This document shows, piece by piece, positions 34,433 through 45,271 of a stretch of DNA of 64,000 nt (the stretch's first letter is position 1; each line of letters opens with the position of its first letter). Location: assembly GCA_964252075.1 (NCBI GenBank), contig CAXULY010000004.1:128001-192000 (forward strand). The letters are read 5' to 3'. The DNA is from an uncultured Deinococcaceae bacterium. Its GTDB lineage: Bacteria; Deinococcota; Deinococci; Deinococcales; Deinococcaceae. The position numbers and the translations under genes are program-made. Below the pieces are notes generated by a model. That model made no database searches and was not told the origin of the DNA. It saw only the letters and a program-made list of their open reading frames with translations.

Positions 34433-36180
34433 AGGGTCACGACTCCTTCTTGAACGGGCAGGCGCACATGGACGGTGGTGCCCTCGCCCGCGCGGGAGTG
34501 CAGGGTCAGGTCCGCGCCGATGCCGGTGGCGCGCTCGCGCATGCTTTTGAGGCCCAGGCTGCCGTTCGGGCGGGCGTCCGGGTCGAAGCCCCGTCCGTCA
34601 TCGCGCACCGTGAGCGCCCACGCGGCGGCCTCGTGCGCGAGGGACAGCTCCACGCGCTTGGCGCGCGCGTGCTTCACGGCGTTGTGCGCCGCCTCCTGCG
34701 CGATGCGGTACAGGGCGCCCTTGGCGTCCAGCCCGAGGGTGGGTTCCTCCGCGCCGCTGAAGCTGGCGTCCAGCTGGTAGCGCACGCGCAGCACTTCCGC
34801 GAGGCGCGACAGGGCGGGCGTCAGGCCGCCCTCCTCCAGCGCGTCCGGGCGCAGGGCGAACAGCAGGGACTTCATCTCGCTGCTCGCGCCGTCCGCGAGG
34901 CTCACGGTGTAATCGATGGCGGACGCGGCGCGCGCCGGGTCGCGCTCCAGCATGGCGCGCGCGGTGCGCGCCCCGAGCGCGATGCCGTACAGCGCCTGCG
35001 CGACGCTGTCGTGCAGGTCCCGCGCGAGGCGCGCGCGTTCCTGCTCGCCCGCCTGCAGTTGCGCCGCGCGGATCAGGGCGTCCGTGCGCACCGCGACCGC
35101 CGCCTGATCCGCGAGCGCCGCCCAGAGGCGCAGCTCGCGCCCGCTGGGCTCCATGCCGAGCGGGTACAGGGCGTGCAGCGACCCGAGCGCCTCGCCCGCC
35201 ACGGACAGCCGGTAGCTCGCGACGGTGCCCACCCGCAGTTCGGCCGCGTCGCCCGGCAGGGGCGCGCGCGTGAGACGGGCACGGTCCGGTGCGGGCGCCT
35301 CGAAGGTTGCGAGGGTCGCGGGCAGCACCTTCGCGGCCTGCGCCGTGAGGCCCTGCGCGGCCAGCAGCGTCTGGCCCTGCAGCACCAGCGCGCCGCCCGT
35401 CGCGGTGGCGTCTAGGCCCTGCGCGAGCAGCGCGTCCAGGGTGCCCTGCAGGTCCCCGCTGTACGCGACGAGCGCCGCGCCGCGCTGCAGCGCCTGCACG
35501 TCGCGCTGCGCGGTGACGCCCTCCCCGAATTCCGTGAGGAGCGCGATGGACAGGAAGGCCCACCCGCGCGAGATGAGGTTCAGCAGCGACACCGAGAACA
35601 CCAGCAGCGCCACGCCACCCACGCTCATGACGCCCAGCGTGAGGACCGTGCCGCCGTAGATCTGCCCGTGGAAGGGCACGCTCACCTGCCAGTCGTGCGC
35701 GATGAGGGGCGCGAGCGGCGCCGCGATCAGCACGAGGCTCAGCCCGATCAGGCCGCTGCCCAGCGCGAACATCAGCATGCTGAAGGGCAGCTTCAGGAGC
35801 AGGTACAGCAGCACCTTGTACGTGCCGGCGTCCGCGAGGGTGACGCGCAGCCAGTCCATCAGGCTGTCCTGGCGCAGCATCAGGGGGTTGCGCGCGCGGA
35901 AGAGCCGCACGCCCAGCAGGGCGCTGCCCAGGCCGCGCTCCAGCTCCCCGAAGGCCAGCATGAGCCACAGGCTGAGCAGCAGCAGCGCCGCGCCGATCAC
36001 CACGACCAGCAGGCCGAGGCCCGCCGCGAAGCCCGCCACGAGCAGCGCGAAGTACAGCACGGCCAGCGGCAGCGCCAGCAGGTGGTACACCAGGGCCTTG
36101 TAGGTGGCGGGGTCCACCAGTTCACCGAAGTACCCGCGCGGCGCGGCGCGGGTGGGGGGGCTCTGCATCACGTCCATCAT
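34429..36180 (-). CDS. membrane sensor histidine kinase (HisKA_3)
   Basis: 4 TM sensor, GAF-like region, ERARLARDLHDSVAQ, QEAAHNAVKHA, DDGRGF, GLKSMRER. Confidence 0.93.
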   Translation of the reverse strand: MMDVMQSPPTRAAPRGYFGELVDPATYKALVYHLLALPLAVLYFALLVAGFAAGLGLLVVVIGAALLLLSLWLMLAFGELERGLGSALLGVRLFRARNPLMLRQDSLMDWLRVTLADAGTYKVLLYLLLKLPFSMLMFALGSGLIGLSLVLIAAPLAPLIAHDWQVSVPFHGQIYGGTVLTLGVMSVGGVALLVFSVSLLNLISRGWAFLSIALLTEFGEGVTAQRDVQALQRGAALVAYSGDLQGTLDALLAQGLDATATGGALVLQGQTLLAAQGLTAQAAKVLPATLATFEAPAPDRARLTRAPLPGDAAELRVGTVASYRLSVAGEALGSLHALYPLGMEPSGRELRLWAALADQAAVAVRTDALIRAAQLQAGEQERARLARDLHDSVAQALYGIALGARTARAMLERDPARAASAIDYTVSLADGASSEMKSLLFALRPDALEEGGLTPALSRLAEVLRVRYQLDASFSGAEEPTLGLDAKGALYRIAQEAAHNAVKHARAKRVELSLAHEAAAWALTVRDDGRGFDPDARPNGSLGLKSMRERATGIGADLTLHSRAGEGTTVHVRLPVQEGVVTL

Positions 36181-36257
36181 GACCCGAGGCTAGCGGCAGG
36201 GGTGCGGGGTGGGCGTCCGTCAAAAGGGGGAGAAGCGCGGGGCGGGCGATCAGGCGA

Positions 36258-36686
36258 TCAGGGTCCGTCCGGGCCTGCCCACAGCCGCGTGAGGGTCACG
36301 CGCGCGGGCGGACCCGGGTCGCTGCCGGACGCGGTGACGTCGGCCTCCAGGCGCAGGCCGTCCGCGGTGAGGCGCGCGTGGAAGGTTGCGAAGGGCTCGG
36401 GGAGGTTGCGGGCGCGCACCACGCCGCTCAGGGCGCCGTCCGGACCGGGCGGGCCGAGCGCCACGTCCAGCGGCTCACCGTCCGCCTCCAGGACCCCCGT
36501 CAGCACCCCGGCGGCATTCAGGCGCAGCGTGAGCAGGCAGTCGATGCCCCACACGCTCCCGCAGAAGCAGCCCGCGAGGCGCGCCGCGGCGCGCTGGCCG
36601 CCCCCCTCCTGCTGGTCCGTGGACGCGTCCACCCGGCTCCCCCTTTCCCGCGCGCCACGGGGCGCGCGCCTGCACCTGTGGAGCAT
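36258..36686 (-). CDS. hypothetical protein (start uncertain)
   Basis: C-terminal two-thirds has plausible composition; fills gap between co-oriented genes. Confidence 0.45.
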   Translation of the reverse strand: MLHRCRRAPRGARERGSRVDASTDQQEGGGQRAAARLAGCFCGSVWGIDCLLTLRLNAAGVLTGVLEADGEPLDVALGPPGPDGALSGVVRARNLPEPFATFHARLTADGLRLEADVTASGSDPGPPARVTLTRLWAGPDGP

Positions 36687-36737
36687 GGTCGGGGTGCGCG
36701 GGTCAAAAGGCAGTCAAAGGTTGAGGGCGCGCCGCCG

Positions 36738-39700
36738 TCAGGCGAGGGCGGGGCCGGTCAGGAACTCGGGGAGGGATTCGGGAAGGCGCGCCCCGAGCTC
36801 CTGCAGGCGCGCGCGGCCCTCCTGGTACGCGCGCGTCGCGGCGCGCGCGCCCGCCGACGCGCTCAGCGCGCGAGTGACCAGCTGCAGGGCCGTCACGTCG
36901 TAGGGTTCCATCTCGCACAGGATGGCGGCCAAGCGGGCCGCTTCGGCGGCGTCCGGTTCGAGGAGCGCCTCCACCTTCGCGCGCAGGGCGTGCGTGAGGG
37001 CGTCGCGCACGCCCGCGCGCCAGCCGTCCGTCAGGCCACCCAGGTACGCGCCACGCCACAGGGCCGCGTCGTTCGAGCGCAGGAAGTCCTCGGCGTCGCT
37101 CGTGACGTGCCCGAGCGCGTACCCGGTGGGCGTGCTGCGCACGCTGTCCGCGCCGAGGCCCGAGCGGATCAGGTACACCTGCTGCTTGAGGGTGTTGCGG
37201 GCCTCCAGCTCGGGCGCCTCGGGGTACAGGGCGTCCAGCAGTTCCAGGGTGCTCGCCTCGTCGCGGCCCGCGACGCGCGTCTCCAGCAGGTACGCGAGGA
37301 GCTCCAGGCGCTTGTGCGCGCGCGACGGCAGGCGCGTCCCGCCGCGCGCGAGCAGCACGGGCCCCAGCACCTCCAGGCGCGGGGCGTCCGCGGGCGTGAC
37401 GGGCGGCGCCGGCACCCCGGGCGCCAGTGCCGGGAAGTACCGCCGCACCTGCGCGGCGCGGCGCGCCTCACCGTGCGCCTCGAACCACTCGAGTTTGCGC
37501 CGGGCGTCCTCCACGTGGCCCTCCAGCCGGTCGATCTCGAGGGCCGCGCCGAGCGCCTCGGCGGGGTTGCCGTGCGCCTCGTACAGCGCCACCGCGCGGC
37601 GCAGGTGCGGCAGCGCCCGCTCCCGCTGCCCGAGTTCGGCGTGCACGCGGCCCAGGTGGTAGGCGCAGGCGGTCTCGTCCTCCGCCAGCCCGGTGCGCGC
37701 CGCGACCTCAGCAAGTTCCTGCGCGTGCGTGAGGGCGCGTTCGGGCGCGCCGCCCGCCACCTCCGCGCGGCAGCAGTCCTCCAGCGCGGAGGCGAGGGCG
37801 TCGTCGCGCCCCGTCTCGCGCGCGGCGTCCAGGGCCAGCCGCGCGTACCGGCGGGCCAGCATGGAGCCGTGCGGCGGGTCCCAGTGCAGGTACAGGAAAC
37901 TCAGGTGGCCGTAGCACTCGCACAGCCGGTCCGGGTGGTGCGTGGGGGCGAGCGCCGTGGCGTCCAGCAGCACCCGCTCGGCCTCCGGGTACTCCTGCAG
38001 GTAGATGTGCGCCAGGGCCAGCGCCGTCTGGATGCCCACGAACTGCCGCAGTGAGCCGACCGACAGCGCGAGCGCGGAGGCGCGCTGCGCGTCCGCCTTG
38101 GCGTCCTGGCGTCGGCCCAGCCGCGTGCGGGCGTTCGAACGGTTCGCGAGGTACGCCACGCAGTCCCAGGGGTGCTCGCGCTCATCCACCGACTCGATGA
38201 TCGCCGTGAGGTTGCGCTCGACGTCCTCGTAGCGCGCCGCGCGGTACAGCAGGGCGTTGCGGCGGTCGAGGATGGTGGCGCGCTCGGCGGCGCTCAGGTC
38301 CACGCGCGCGACCGCACCCTCGATGACCGCCTCGGCGCGCGCGCCCTCACCGAGGTCAATGAGCGCCCGGAGCGCCGCGCGCAGCGCCCCGGCGGGCGCG
38401 CGCGGCTGGAAGTCCGGGTGCGCGTCCCACAGGCGCAGCGCCTCGCGGTTATGCGCCACCCGGTCGTGGCCGTGCGCGTTCAGGAACTGCAGCCGCAGCG
38501 CCCACCACTCCAGGCCGTCGCGCTGCGCGTCCGGCAGCGCCTCCAGCAGGCTCCAGGCCTCGTCGGTGCGGCCGTCGCGGCGCAGGGCGGTGGCGCACAG
38601 CAGGGTCGCGTCGTGCCGGTGCCGGGCGTCCGTCATGGCGGTCCGCGCGAGGCGCTCGCACTCGCGCAGGTCATGGTCCCGCAGGAGCCGCGCGGCCTCC
38701 AGCGACAGCGCGGCGCGCGCCTCGCCACCCGCGTGATCGGCGGCGCGCGCCAGCCAGCGGGCGGCGCCCACAGGATCACCGCGCGCCTGCAGGTGACGGG
38801 CGGCCCGCTCGAGGATGCCGGTCGCCTCGCGCGGCGGGAGGCGCGCGTCCTGCACGTACTCCGCCGCGCGCAGCGGGTCGAAGCCCAAGAGGGCGTGCAG
38901 CGCCCGTCCGGCGTACCCGGCGCGCACGGCGCCGGGCAGGTCACGCCGGGTGAGTTCCGCGAAGAGCGGGTGCGCGAAGTGACCCCCAGCGAGCACCCCG
39001 GCGCGCTCCAGGCGCGCGCGTTCGCGCTGCAGGTCGGTGGGCGCGACCTGCGCGACGGTCGCCCATAGGGCCTCCAGCTGCGGGTGGCCCTCGCCGGGCA
39101 GGAGGGCGCGCGCCGCGAGGACCGCCCGCGCCTGCGGCGTGTCCGCCACGCTCCCCGTGAGGTGCCCGATCAGCGCCTCGACCGTGACGGGCACGAAGCC
39201 TTCGGGCGGGGGCCGCCACTGCCAGCGCTCGCCGTCCGACCACAGGAAGCCGTGGCGCCGCAGGTACCGCGCGAACTCCAGCGCGAACAGCGGGTTGCCG
39301 CGCGTGCGCGCGTGCAGGTACGCGAGCGCCTCCGGCGGGGGCACGCCCCTCAGTTCCTGCTGCACCAGCCAGGCGGTCTCGCGCTCGTCCAGCGGCGCGA
39401 GCGTGTGGGCGCGCAGGGGTTCAGGCAGTTCGGCGCGGCTCGTGACGAGCAGCCCCACCCCGCGCGTGCGCGCGACCGCGCGCGCCAGCGCGCCGATCGC
39501 CTCGGTGCGCTCTACGTCGGCGTCGTGCAGGTCCTCGAGGTGAAGCGCGATGGGTCCGAGCGCGGCGAGTGCCGCCGCGAGCGTCTGTGCCAGCACGCGC
39601 GCCTCCAGCGCCTCGCCCCGCGCCAGCCGGTCCAGCTGCGCGCCCGCCCAGGCGGGCAGCGTGCGCGCGCGGGGGATCAGGTGCGCGAGCTGCGGGCCCG

Positions 39701-39908
39701 CGAGGGGGGCGGGCGCGCTGAGGTGCGGGTACGGGAGGCGCGTGAGGACCGCTCGGGCTGTGTGGGTCTTGCCGCTGCCCGGCGCGCCCTGCAGGCCCAC
39801 GCTCACGGAGACGCGCCGTGAGGCGATCACGCCGAGCTGCCGCGCGAGGTCCGCGAGGAGGGTGGCCCTCGCGCCCTCCCCCGGCCCGGGTGCGCCGTGC
39901 GCCGTCAT
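36738..39908 (-). CDS. STAND-like P-loop NTPase with TPR repeats and C-terminal wHTH/BTAD-like domain
   Basis: GAPGSGKT, LHLEDLH, TRGNPLF, TPR-like helices, LEVLGP..LLAYLLE..LYPE..LKQQVY.IR. Confidence 0.85.
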   Translation of the reverse strand: MTAHGAPGPGEGARATLLADLARQLGVIASRRVSVSVGLQGAPGSGKTHTARAVLTRLPYPHLSAPAPLAGPQLAHLIPRARTLPAWAGAQLDRLARGEALEARVLAQTLAAALAALGPIALHLEDLHDADVERTEAIGALARAVARTRGVGLLVTSRAELPEPLRAHTLAPLDERETAWLVQQELRGVPPPEALAYLHARTRGNPLFALEFARYLRRHGFLWSDGERWQWRPPPEGFVPVTVEALIGHLTGSVADTPQARAVLAARALLPGEGHPQLEALWATVAQVAPTDLQRERARLERAGVLAGGHFAHPLFAELTRRDLPGAVRAGYAGRALHALLGFDPLRAAEYVQDARLPPREATGILERAARHLQARGDPVGAARWLARAADHAGGEARAALSLEAARLLRDHDLRECERLARTAMTDARHRHDATLLCATALRRDGRTDEAWSLLEALPDAQRDGLEWWALRLQFLNAHGHDRVAHNREALRLWDAHPDFQPRAPAGALRAALRALIDLGEGARAEAVIEGAVARVDLSAAERATILDRRNALLYRAARYEDVERNLTAIIESVDEREHPWDCVAYLANRSNARTRLGRRQDAKADAQRASALALSVGSLRQFVGIQTALALAHIYLQEYPEAERVLLDATALAPTHHPDRLCECYGHLSFLYLHWDPPHGSMLARRYARLALDAARETGRDDALASALEDCCRAEVAGGAPERALTHAQELAEVAARTGLAEDETACAYHLGRVHAELGQRERALPHLRRAVALYEAHGNPAEALGAALEIDRLEGHVEDARRKLEWFEAHGEARRAAQVRRYFPALAPGVPAPPVTPADAPRLEVLGPVLLARGGTRLPSRAHKRLELLAYLLETRVAGRDEASTLELLDALYPEAPELEARNTLKQQVYLIRSGLGADSVRSTPTGYALGHVTSDAEDFLRSNDAALWRGAYLGGLTDGWRAGVRDALTHALRAKVEALLEPDAAEAARLAAILCEMEPYDVTALQLVTRALSASAGARAATRAYQEGRARLQELGARLPESLPEFLTGPALA

Positions 39909-39964
39909 GGTTCATCGTAACCCCGGCGGCCACCGCGCGGCCTCAGGCGGTGCGCCCGGTCCGC

Positions 39965-40897
39965 TCAGCTTCCCTCTGGGCCCGTGGCGTACGCCGCGAG
40001 GCCCTCCGTGACGGTCGTGACGCGCGCCTCGATGGTCCGCTCGGCGTCCCGGTTGTACCCGCCCGCCATGACCGTCACGAGCGGCGCGCGGTGCGCGCGC
40101 GCCCACGCGAACACCGCCGCGTCGCGCGCGCGCAGGCCGTCCAGCGTGAGCGCGAGGCGCCCGAACTGGTCGCCCGCCAGCACGTCCGCGCCCGCGAGGT
40201 GAAACAGCAGGTCCGGCCCGAAGGCACCGAGGCTGAGCAGGGCGGTTTCCCGCAGGGCGCGCAGGTACTCGGTGTCGCCCGCCCCGTCCTCGAACTCCAC
40301 GTCCAGGCTGCTGCGTTCCTTCTCGAAGGGGTAGTTGTGCGCGCCGTGCAGGCTGATGGTCCACGCCCACGGCTGGTCCGCGAGCATGCGGGCGGTGCCG
40401 TTGCCCTGGTGCACGTCGAGGTCCAGCACCGCGATGCGCCTCGCCCGCCCGGCGTCGAGCGCCCAGCGCGCGGCGATCACCACGTCGTTCAGGAACGCGA
40501 AGCCCTCCGCGTGGTCGCGGTACGCGTGGTGCGTGCCGCCGCCCAGGTGCAGGCCCCAGCCGCGCGCGAGGGCGTCCCCGGTGGCGGCGAGCGTGCCGCC
40601 CGCCGAGTACACCGAGCGCGTCACGAGTTCCGGCGTCCACGGGAAGCCCAGGCGCAGCTCCTCGGCGTGCGTGACGTCGCCCGCCCGCCAGCGCGCGAGG
40701 TACGCGGGGTCGTGCACGCGCTCCGCGCTGGCCCAGTCGAGGGCGGGCGCGTCCTCCAGGGGCAGCAGGGCCCCCACGCGCGCCACGAGGTCCTGCATCT
40801 GCGCGCGCTCCATGAACTGCCGCCGGGGCCTGCGCTCGCTGCCGCCCTCCGCCGAGAGGCGCCGGAAGGCGCTGAAGGCGCGCGGGAAGTGGGTCAC
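39965..40897 (-). CDS. histone deacetylase family (Zn-dependent) protein
   Basis: GGTHHA, GFAFLND, LDLDVHQGNGT, GADVL.GD, GGY. Confidence 0.9.
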   Translation of the reverse strand: MTHFPRAFSAFRRLSAEGGSERRPRRQFMERAQMQDLVARVGALLPLEDAPALDWASAERVHDPAYLARWRAGDVTHAEELRLGFPWTPELVTRSVYSAGGTLAATGDALARGWGLHLGGGTHHAYRDHAEGFAFLNDVVIAARWALDAGRARRIAVLDLDVHQGNGTARMLADQPWAWTISLHGAHNYPFEKERSSLDVEFEDGAGDTEYLRALRETALLSLGAFGPDLLFHLAGADVLAGDQFGRLALTLDGLRARDAAVFAWARAHRAPLVTVMAGGYNRDAERTIEARVTTVTEGLAAYATGPEGS

Positions 40898-40937
40898 GGC
40901 GTCACTGTGCCACGCGCGCCGCGCGCGATCAACACAG

Positions 40938-40973
40938 GAAGGGGGGCGGGCCAGCGTCTGGCCCGCCCCCTTC
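40938..40973 (-). terminator. hairpin after sugar ABC operon
   Basis: GAAGGGGGGCGGGCCAG-CGT-CTGGCCCGCCCCCTTC. Confidence 0.65.
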
Positions 40974-40981
40974 GCGTGAAT

Positions 40982-41932
40982 TCAGAACGGTGAGTCGGGG
41001 AAGTAGAACTGCTTGGCGTTCTGCTTGGTGACGAGCGTGGACGGAATGATGGTGTTCTTCGGCATGGCGGTGTTCGTCATGCGGGCCTTCGCGAGCAGGC
41101 TGACGGCCTCGTACACCATCTTGGGGGGGTACGTCACGTCCGCCGTGATGAGCTTGTCGCCGTCCTGAACCTTCTTGATCATCTCCTTCATGCCGGCGCC
41201 GCCCAGCACGAACTTGATGTCGGTGCGGCCCGCCTGCTGGATGGCCTTCAGCACGCCCACCGCGATGTCGTCGTCCTGCGCCCACACCGCGTCGATCTTC
41301 GGGAAGCGCGTGAGGTAGTCCTGCATGACCTTGAAGCCGTCGTCGCGGTTCCAGTTCGCGTACTGCTTGTCCAGAATCTTGACGTTCGGGTACTTGCTCT
41401 TCAGGACGCCCTCGAAGCCGTCCACGCGCTGGTTGTCAATGACGGTCGCGATGCCGCGCAGCACCACCACGTTGCCCTTGCCGCCGAGCGTCTTGCCGAC
41501 GTACTCGCCGCTCACCTTGCCGAGGCCGGGGTTGTCGCCCGCGACGTAGGCGTCCTGCGCGGTGGCGTCGGTGAGGGCGCGGTCCACGACCACCGTGAAC
41601 ACGCCCTGCTTCTTGAGGTTCGCGACGGGCCGCGTGAGGGGCGCGCTCTCCTGCGGCAGGATCACGAGCGCGTTGATCTTGTTGATGCTCGCAAGGTCCT
41701 GAATCTGGTTGGCCTGCTCGTTGGCGTCCTTCGCGGTCTTCACGATGACGGTCAGGCCGGGGTACTTCGCTTCCAGGTCCTTCTTGGCCTGGTTCGCCCA
41801 GTACACGACGCCCGCCGTCCAGCCGTGGTCGGCGGAGGGAATGGACACCCCGATGATCTGCTTCTGGGCGAGGGCGCCGCCCGCGCCGAGGGCGGCGGAC
41901 AGCAGGGCCATACGAACGAGGGTTCTACGCAT
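40982..41932 (-). CDS. sugar ABC transporter substrate-binding protein (RbsB-like)
   Basis: Signal peptide ending ALA-Q; VVDR, AGDN, ANWNR, WAQDDD; AAGGAG RBS. Confidence 0.92.
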   Translation of the reverse strand: MRRTLVRMALLSAALGAGGALAQKQIIGVSIPSADHGWTAGVVYWANQAKKDLEAKYPGLTVIVKTAKDANEQANQIQDLASINKINALVILPQESAPLTRPVANLKKQGVFTVVVDRALTDATAQDAYVAGDNPGLGKVSGEYVGKTLGGKGNVVVLRGIATVIDNQRVDGFEGVLKSKYPNVKILDKQYANWNRDDGFKVMQDYLTRFPKIDAVWAQDDDIAVGVLKAIQQAGRTDIKFVLGGAGMKEMIKKVQDGDKLITADVTYPPKMVYEAVSLLAKARMTNTAMPKNTIIPSTLVTKQNAKQFYFPDSPF

Positions 41933-41963
41933 ACAGGTCTCCTTGAAGTGGGGGGCGGGGGGT

Positions 41964-42962
41964 TTATTTGCTGCGGCCACGCTGCAGGAACGCCACGACG
42001 ATGATGACGACGCCCTGCACAGCGGCGTTGAGGTACACGCTGATGATGGAGGTGAGGTTCAGGACGTTCTCGATGGTGACGAGCAGCACCGCGCCCACCA
42101 CGGTGCCCCAGATGCGCCCGAAGCCGCCCTTGAGGGCCGTCCCGCCGATGATGACGGCGGCGATCGCCTCGAGTTCCCACAGGAGTCCGGTGGAGGGGCT
42201 GGCGCTGCCGAGGCGCGGTACGTACAGCAGCGTGGCGAGCGCCACGCACACGCCCTGCAGGGTGTAGGTGAGGACCTTGACGCCCGTGACGTTCACGGCG
42301 GCGTAACGCGCGACCTGCTCGTTGCTGCCGACCGCCTGCACGTAGCGCCCATAGCGGGTGCGGTTCAGGATGAGGCCGCCCGCGAGCGCGATCACCGCGA
42401 AGATGTAGATGGGGATGGGGATGCCCAGCCACTTGCCGTAGAAGACCGGGCTGTAGGTGTCGCTGAGGGTATTGCCGAGCGAGATGCTGCCGCCCTGCGC
42501 GAGGTCCGTGAGGACCGAGCGGTAGATGCCGAGCGTGCCGAGCGTCACGATGAACGGCTCGATGCGCCCGCGCGTGATGAGCGTGCCGTGCAGCAGGCCC
42601 GCCGCCGCGCCGATCGCGAGGGCGCACAGCATGCCCACCCCGATGGTCGCCCAGCCGGACCCGAGGGCGGGCACGAGGGCGTTCATGATCAGGATCATGG
42701 AGCCCGCCACAAGGCCCACCAGGGACCCCACGGACAGGTCAATGCCGCCCGAGATGATCACGAAGGTCGCGCCGACCGCGATGATGCCGATGAACGCGGC
42801 GCGCGTCAGGACGTTCGAGAGGTTCGTGAAGGTCAGGAAGTCCGGGTTGAGGGCCGTCGCGATGATCATCAGGACGACCAGGCCGAGCAGCGGCCCGAGC
42901 GCCGAGACGCGCGCCATGAACGGCACGCGGGCGGCGGGGGCTTCGGGGGCGGGCGTGCTCAC
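41964..42962 (-). CDS. sugar ABC transporter permease (RbsC-like)
   Basis: [29 protein letters not shown]. Confidence 0.93.
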   Translation of the reverse strand: MSTPAPEAPAARVPFMARVSALGPLLGLVVLMIIATALNPDFLTFTNLSNVLTRAAFIGIIAVGATFVIISGGIDLSVGSLVGLVAGSMILIMNALVPALGSGWATIGVGMLCALAIGAAAGLLHGTLITRGRIEPFIVTLGTLGIYRSVLTDLAQGGSISLGNTLSDTYSPVFYGKWLGIPIPIYIFAVIALAGGLILNRTRYGRYVQAVGSNEQVARYAAVNVTGVKVLTYTLQGVCVALATLLYVPRLGSASPSTGLLWELEAIAAVIIGGTALKGGFGRIWGTVVGAVLLVTIENVLNLTSIISVYLNAAVQGVVIIVVAFLQRGRSK

Positions 42963-42996
42963 GCGGCCCGCCGTGAAGGGTGTGCAGTCTCGTGCG

Positions 42997-44505
42997 TCAT
43001 GCGCTCTCCGCCATGTGGTCCACCTTCAGGCCGGTGGCGTACTGAATGACTTCTGCCTCGATGAGTTGCGCGCCCGTGAGGTTTCCGGTGAGGCGGCCCT
43101 CGCGCAGCACCAGCAGGCGGTGGCAAAGGCCCAGCAGCTCCGGGAGTTCGCTGGAGATCACGATCACGCCGCGCCCGGCGGCGGCGAGGCGGTGGATGAG
43201 CGCGTAGATCTCGCGTTTCGCGCCGACGTCCACGCCGCGCGTGGGTTCGTCCAGCACCACCACCTGCGGCGCGGTCTCCAGGATGCGGGCGAGCGCCAGC
43301 TTCTGCTGGTTCCCGCCGGACAGGGCGCTGGCGGGCACGTTGAGGCGCCCGGTGCGGATGCCGTACTCCGGCACCGCGCGCTCCAGCGCGACCTGCTCGC
43401 GCCTGGGGTCCAGCAGCGGCTTCGTGTAGTGCTCCAGCGTCATGAGGGTGAGGTTGGGGCGCAGCTGGAAGTCCACGAGGAGGCCCTTGCCTTTGCGGTC
43501 CTCGGAGAGGTACACGAGGCCATTGCGCGCGGCGGCGCCGGGGCCAGTGATGCGGATGGGCCGCCCGGCGAGTTCCACGCGGCGCACGGTGTGGCGGCGC
43601 AGGCCCAGCAGGCCCTCGAAGGCCTCGGTGCGCCCGGCCCCCACGAGGCCCGCGAAGCCCAGCACCTCCCCGCGGGCGAGGGTGAAGCTGATGTCGCGCA
43701 CCCAGCCGGGCACGCTGAGGCCCTCCACGCGCAGCAGGGTGTCGTCGGTGGGCGGCGTGCGCTCGGGGAACATGTCCTCCAGCTCGCGGCCCACCATGAG
43801 GCTCGCCATGCGGTGCGGGGTGAGGCCCGCCGCGGGGCCGCTGTGCACCACGCGCCCGTCGCGCAGCACCGTCACGCTGTCCGCGAGGGCCTCCACCTCG
43901 TCCAGGCGGTGGCTGATGTACAGGATGGTCACACCGTCCTCGCGCAGGCGGCGGATCAGGGCGAACAGCACGTCCGTCTCGCGCAGGGTGAGGCTGGCGG
44001 TCGGCTCGTCCATGATGAGCAGGCGCGCGTCGCGGGAGAGCGCCTTGGCGATCTCCACGAGCTGCTTCTGGGGGACGCTCAGCTCGCGCACGCGGGTGCG
44101 CGGGTCGAGGCGCACGCCGAGCCGACCGAGGGCCTCGGCGGCGGCGGCGTTCATGGCGCGCTCGTCCAGCAGCGCGCGGCCCAGTTCGCGGCCCAGGAAG
44201 ATGTTCTGCGCGACGGTGAGGTCCTCGGCGAGGTTGAACTCCTGGTGGATGAGCACCACACCCCACGCTTCCGCCTCGCGGCTGCTCGCGAAGTGCACGG
44301 GGAGGCCCGCGAGGCGCAGTTCGCCGCCGCTGGCGGGGTGGTAGCCGCCGAGGATCTTCATGAGGGTGCTCTTGCCCGCGCCGTTCTCACCGATGAGGGC
44401 GTGCACCTCGCCGGGCGCGATGTCGAAACTCACGCCGTGCAGCACCTCGACCGGCCCGAAGGACTTGCGGACCTCCTGAAAGGACACCAGCGGTGCGGCC
44501 GTCAC
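42997..44505 (-). CDS. sugar ABC transporter ATP-binding protein (RbsA-like)
   Basis: [35 protein letters not shown]. Confidence 0.95.
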   Translation of the reverse strand: MTAAPLVSFQEVRKSFGPVEVLHGVSFDIAPGEVHALIGENGAGKSTLMKILGGYHPASGGELRLAGLPVHFASSREAEAWGVVLIHQEFNLAEDLTVAQNIFLGRELGRALLDERAMNAAAAEALGRLGVRLDPRTRVRELSVPQKQLVEIAKALSRDARLLIMDEPTASLTLRETDVLFALIRRLREDGVTILYISHRLDEVEALADSVTVLRDGRVVHSGPAAGLTPHRMASLMVGRELEDMFPERTPPTDDTLLRVEGLSVPGWVRDISFTLARGEVLGFAGLVGAGRTEAFEGLLGLRRHTVRRVELAGRPIRITGPGAAARNGLVYLSEDRKGKGLLVDFQLRPNLTLMTLEHYTKPLLDPRREQVALERAVPEYGIRTGRLNVPASALSGGNQQKLALARILETAPQVVVLDEPTRGVDVGAKREIYALIHRLAAAGRGVIVISSELPELLGLCHRLLVLREGRLTGNLTGAQLIEAEVIQYATGLKVDHMAESA

Positions 44506-44576
44506 GAGGGCGCCCCCCTCGCTGGGGTGGCGGCCGGGCCACAGTTTGAATCTGAGGTCGTCACTCGTCTCCTATC

Positions 44577-44588
44577 GAAATCGTTTTC
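44577..44588. promoter_or_regulatory. LacI-family operator-like site upstream of sugar ABC operon
   Basis: GAAATCGTTTTC fits GAAAN-CG-NTTTC. Confidence 0.45.
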
Positions 44589-44684
44589 TGTTCTTGCAAC
44601 ACGCGACGCAGCGCGGGTTCCGAAAAGCGAATTGCGGGTACAGAGCGAGTCTAAGGGCAGCCTGAGTGACGGGTCAAGGGCAGC

Positions 44685-44714
44685 AAAAAGGGACGCCGGA
44701 AAACCGGCGTCCCT
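44685..44714 (-). terminator. intrinsic terminator
   Basis: Minus strand AGGGACGCCGG-TTTT-CCGGCGTCCCT-TTTT. Confidence 0.8.
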
Positions 44715-44736
44715 CCCTCGGGGCCTTCGACTGGCC

Positions 44737-45132
44737 TCAGGAGGCCTTGTCTTCGGCCTTCTGGCTGTGGAACTCGCTGATGTGGTCGTACACGTGCTGC
44801 GGGAACTCCAGGTCGCGGTACACGTTGCCCTCGTCGGGGTCTTGGGCGTCCGGGAGGATCGGGAAGTCCTGCTTCTGCTGGTACTCCATGATCTTGTCGC
44901 GGCGCGGCGGGTTGTAGTCGCGCTCCTGCACCTGCTGCACGAGGGAGCGGGCGTCCGCCTCGCTGAAGTCCTTGTCGTGGGCGAGCAGCTTCACCAGTTC
45001 GTCCTCGGTCAGGAAGTGCCGCGCGACGATGGCGTACACGAGGCGCCCGTAGTGCCCGATGTCCTTCTTCTGCTGGAGGGCTTCGGTCAGGTGGGCCATC
45101 ATGTGGTTCTGCTGTAAGTCTTTCAGGGCCAT
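44737..45132 (-). CDS. hypothetical protein resembling primase large-subunit C-terminal domain (PriL-CTD/PriX)
   Basis: AGGAGG RBS, own terminator; IGHYGRL..DELV.LL....DFSE...R..V......YNPP pattern. Confidence 0.8.
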   Translation of the reverse strand: MALKDLQQNHMMAHLTEALQQKKDIGHYGRLVYAIVARHFLTEDELVKLLAHDKDFSEADARSLVQQVQERDYNPPRRDKIMEYQQKQDFPILPDAQDPDEGNVYRDLEFPQHVYDHISEFHSQKAEDKAS

Positions 45133-45223
45133 AACTGCCTCCTGATGTTCAGGTTATGGCGTAACCCTGGCTACGGCATGACCGGGGCGTGAAGGCGCGT
45201 TTGGAGTGCTCCGCCATTCCACT

Positions 45224-45257
45224 TATAGTCAGTTCTACTGAAGATCAGTTAGGCTGA
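45224..45257 (+). promoter_or_regulatory. -10 box plus two tandem TCAG-N5-CTGA palindromes (putative MarR operators)
   Basis: TATAGT 45224-45229; TCAGTTCTACTGA 45229-45241; TCAGTTAGGCTGA 45245-45257. Confidence 0.6.
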
Positions 45258-45271
45258 CGAACAGGAGGGAC

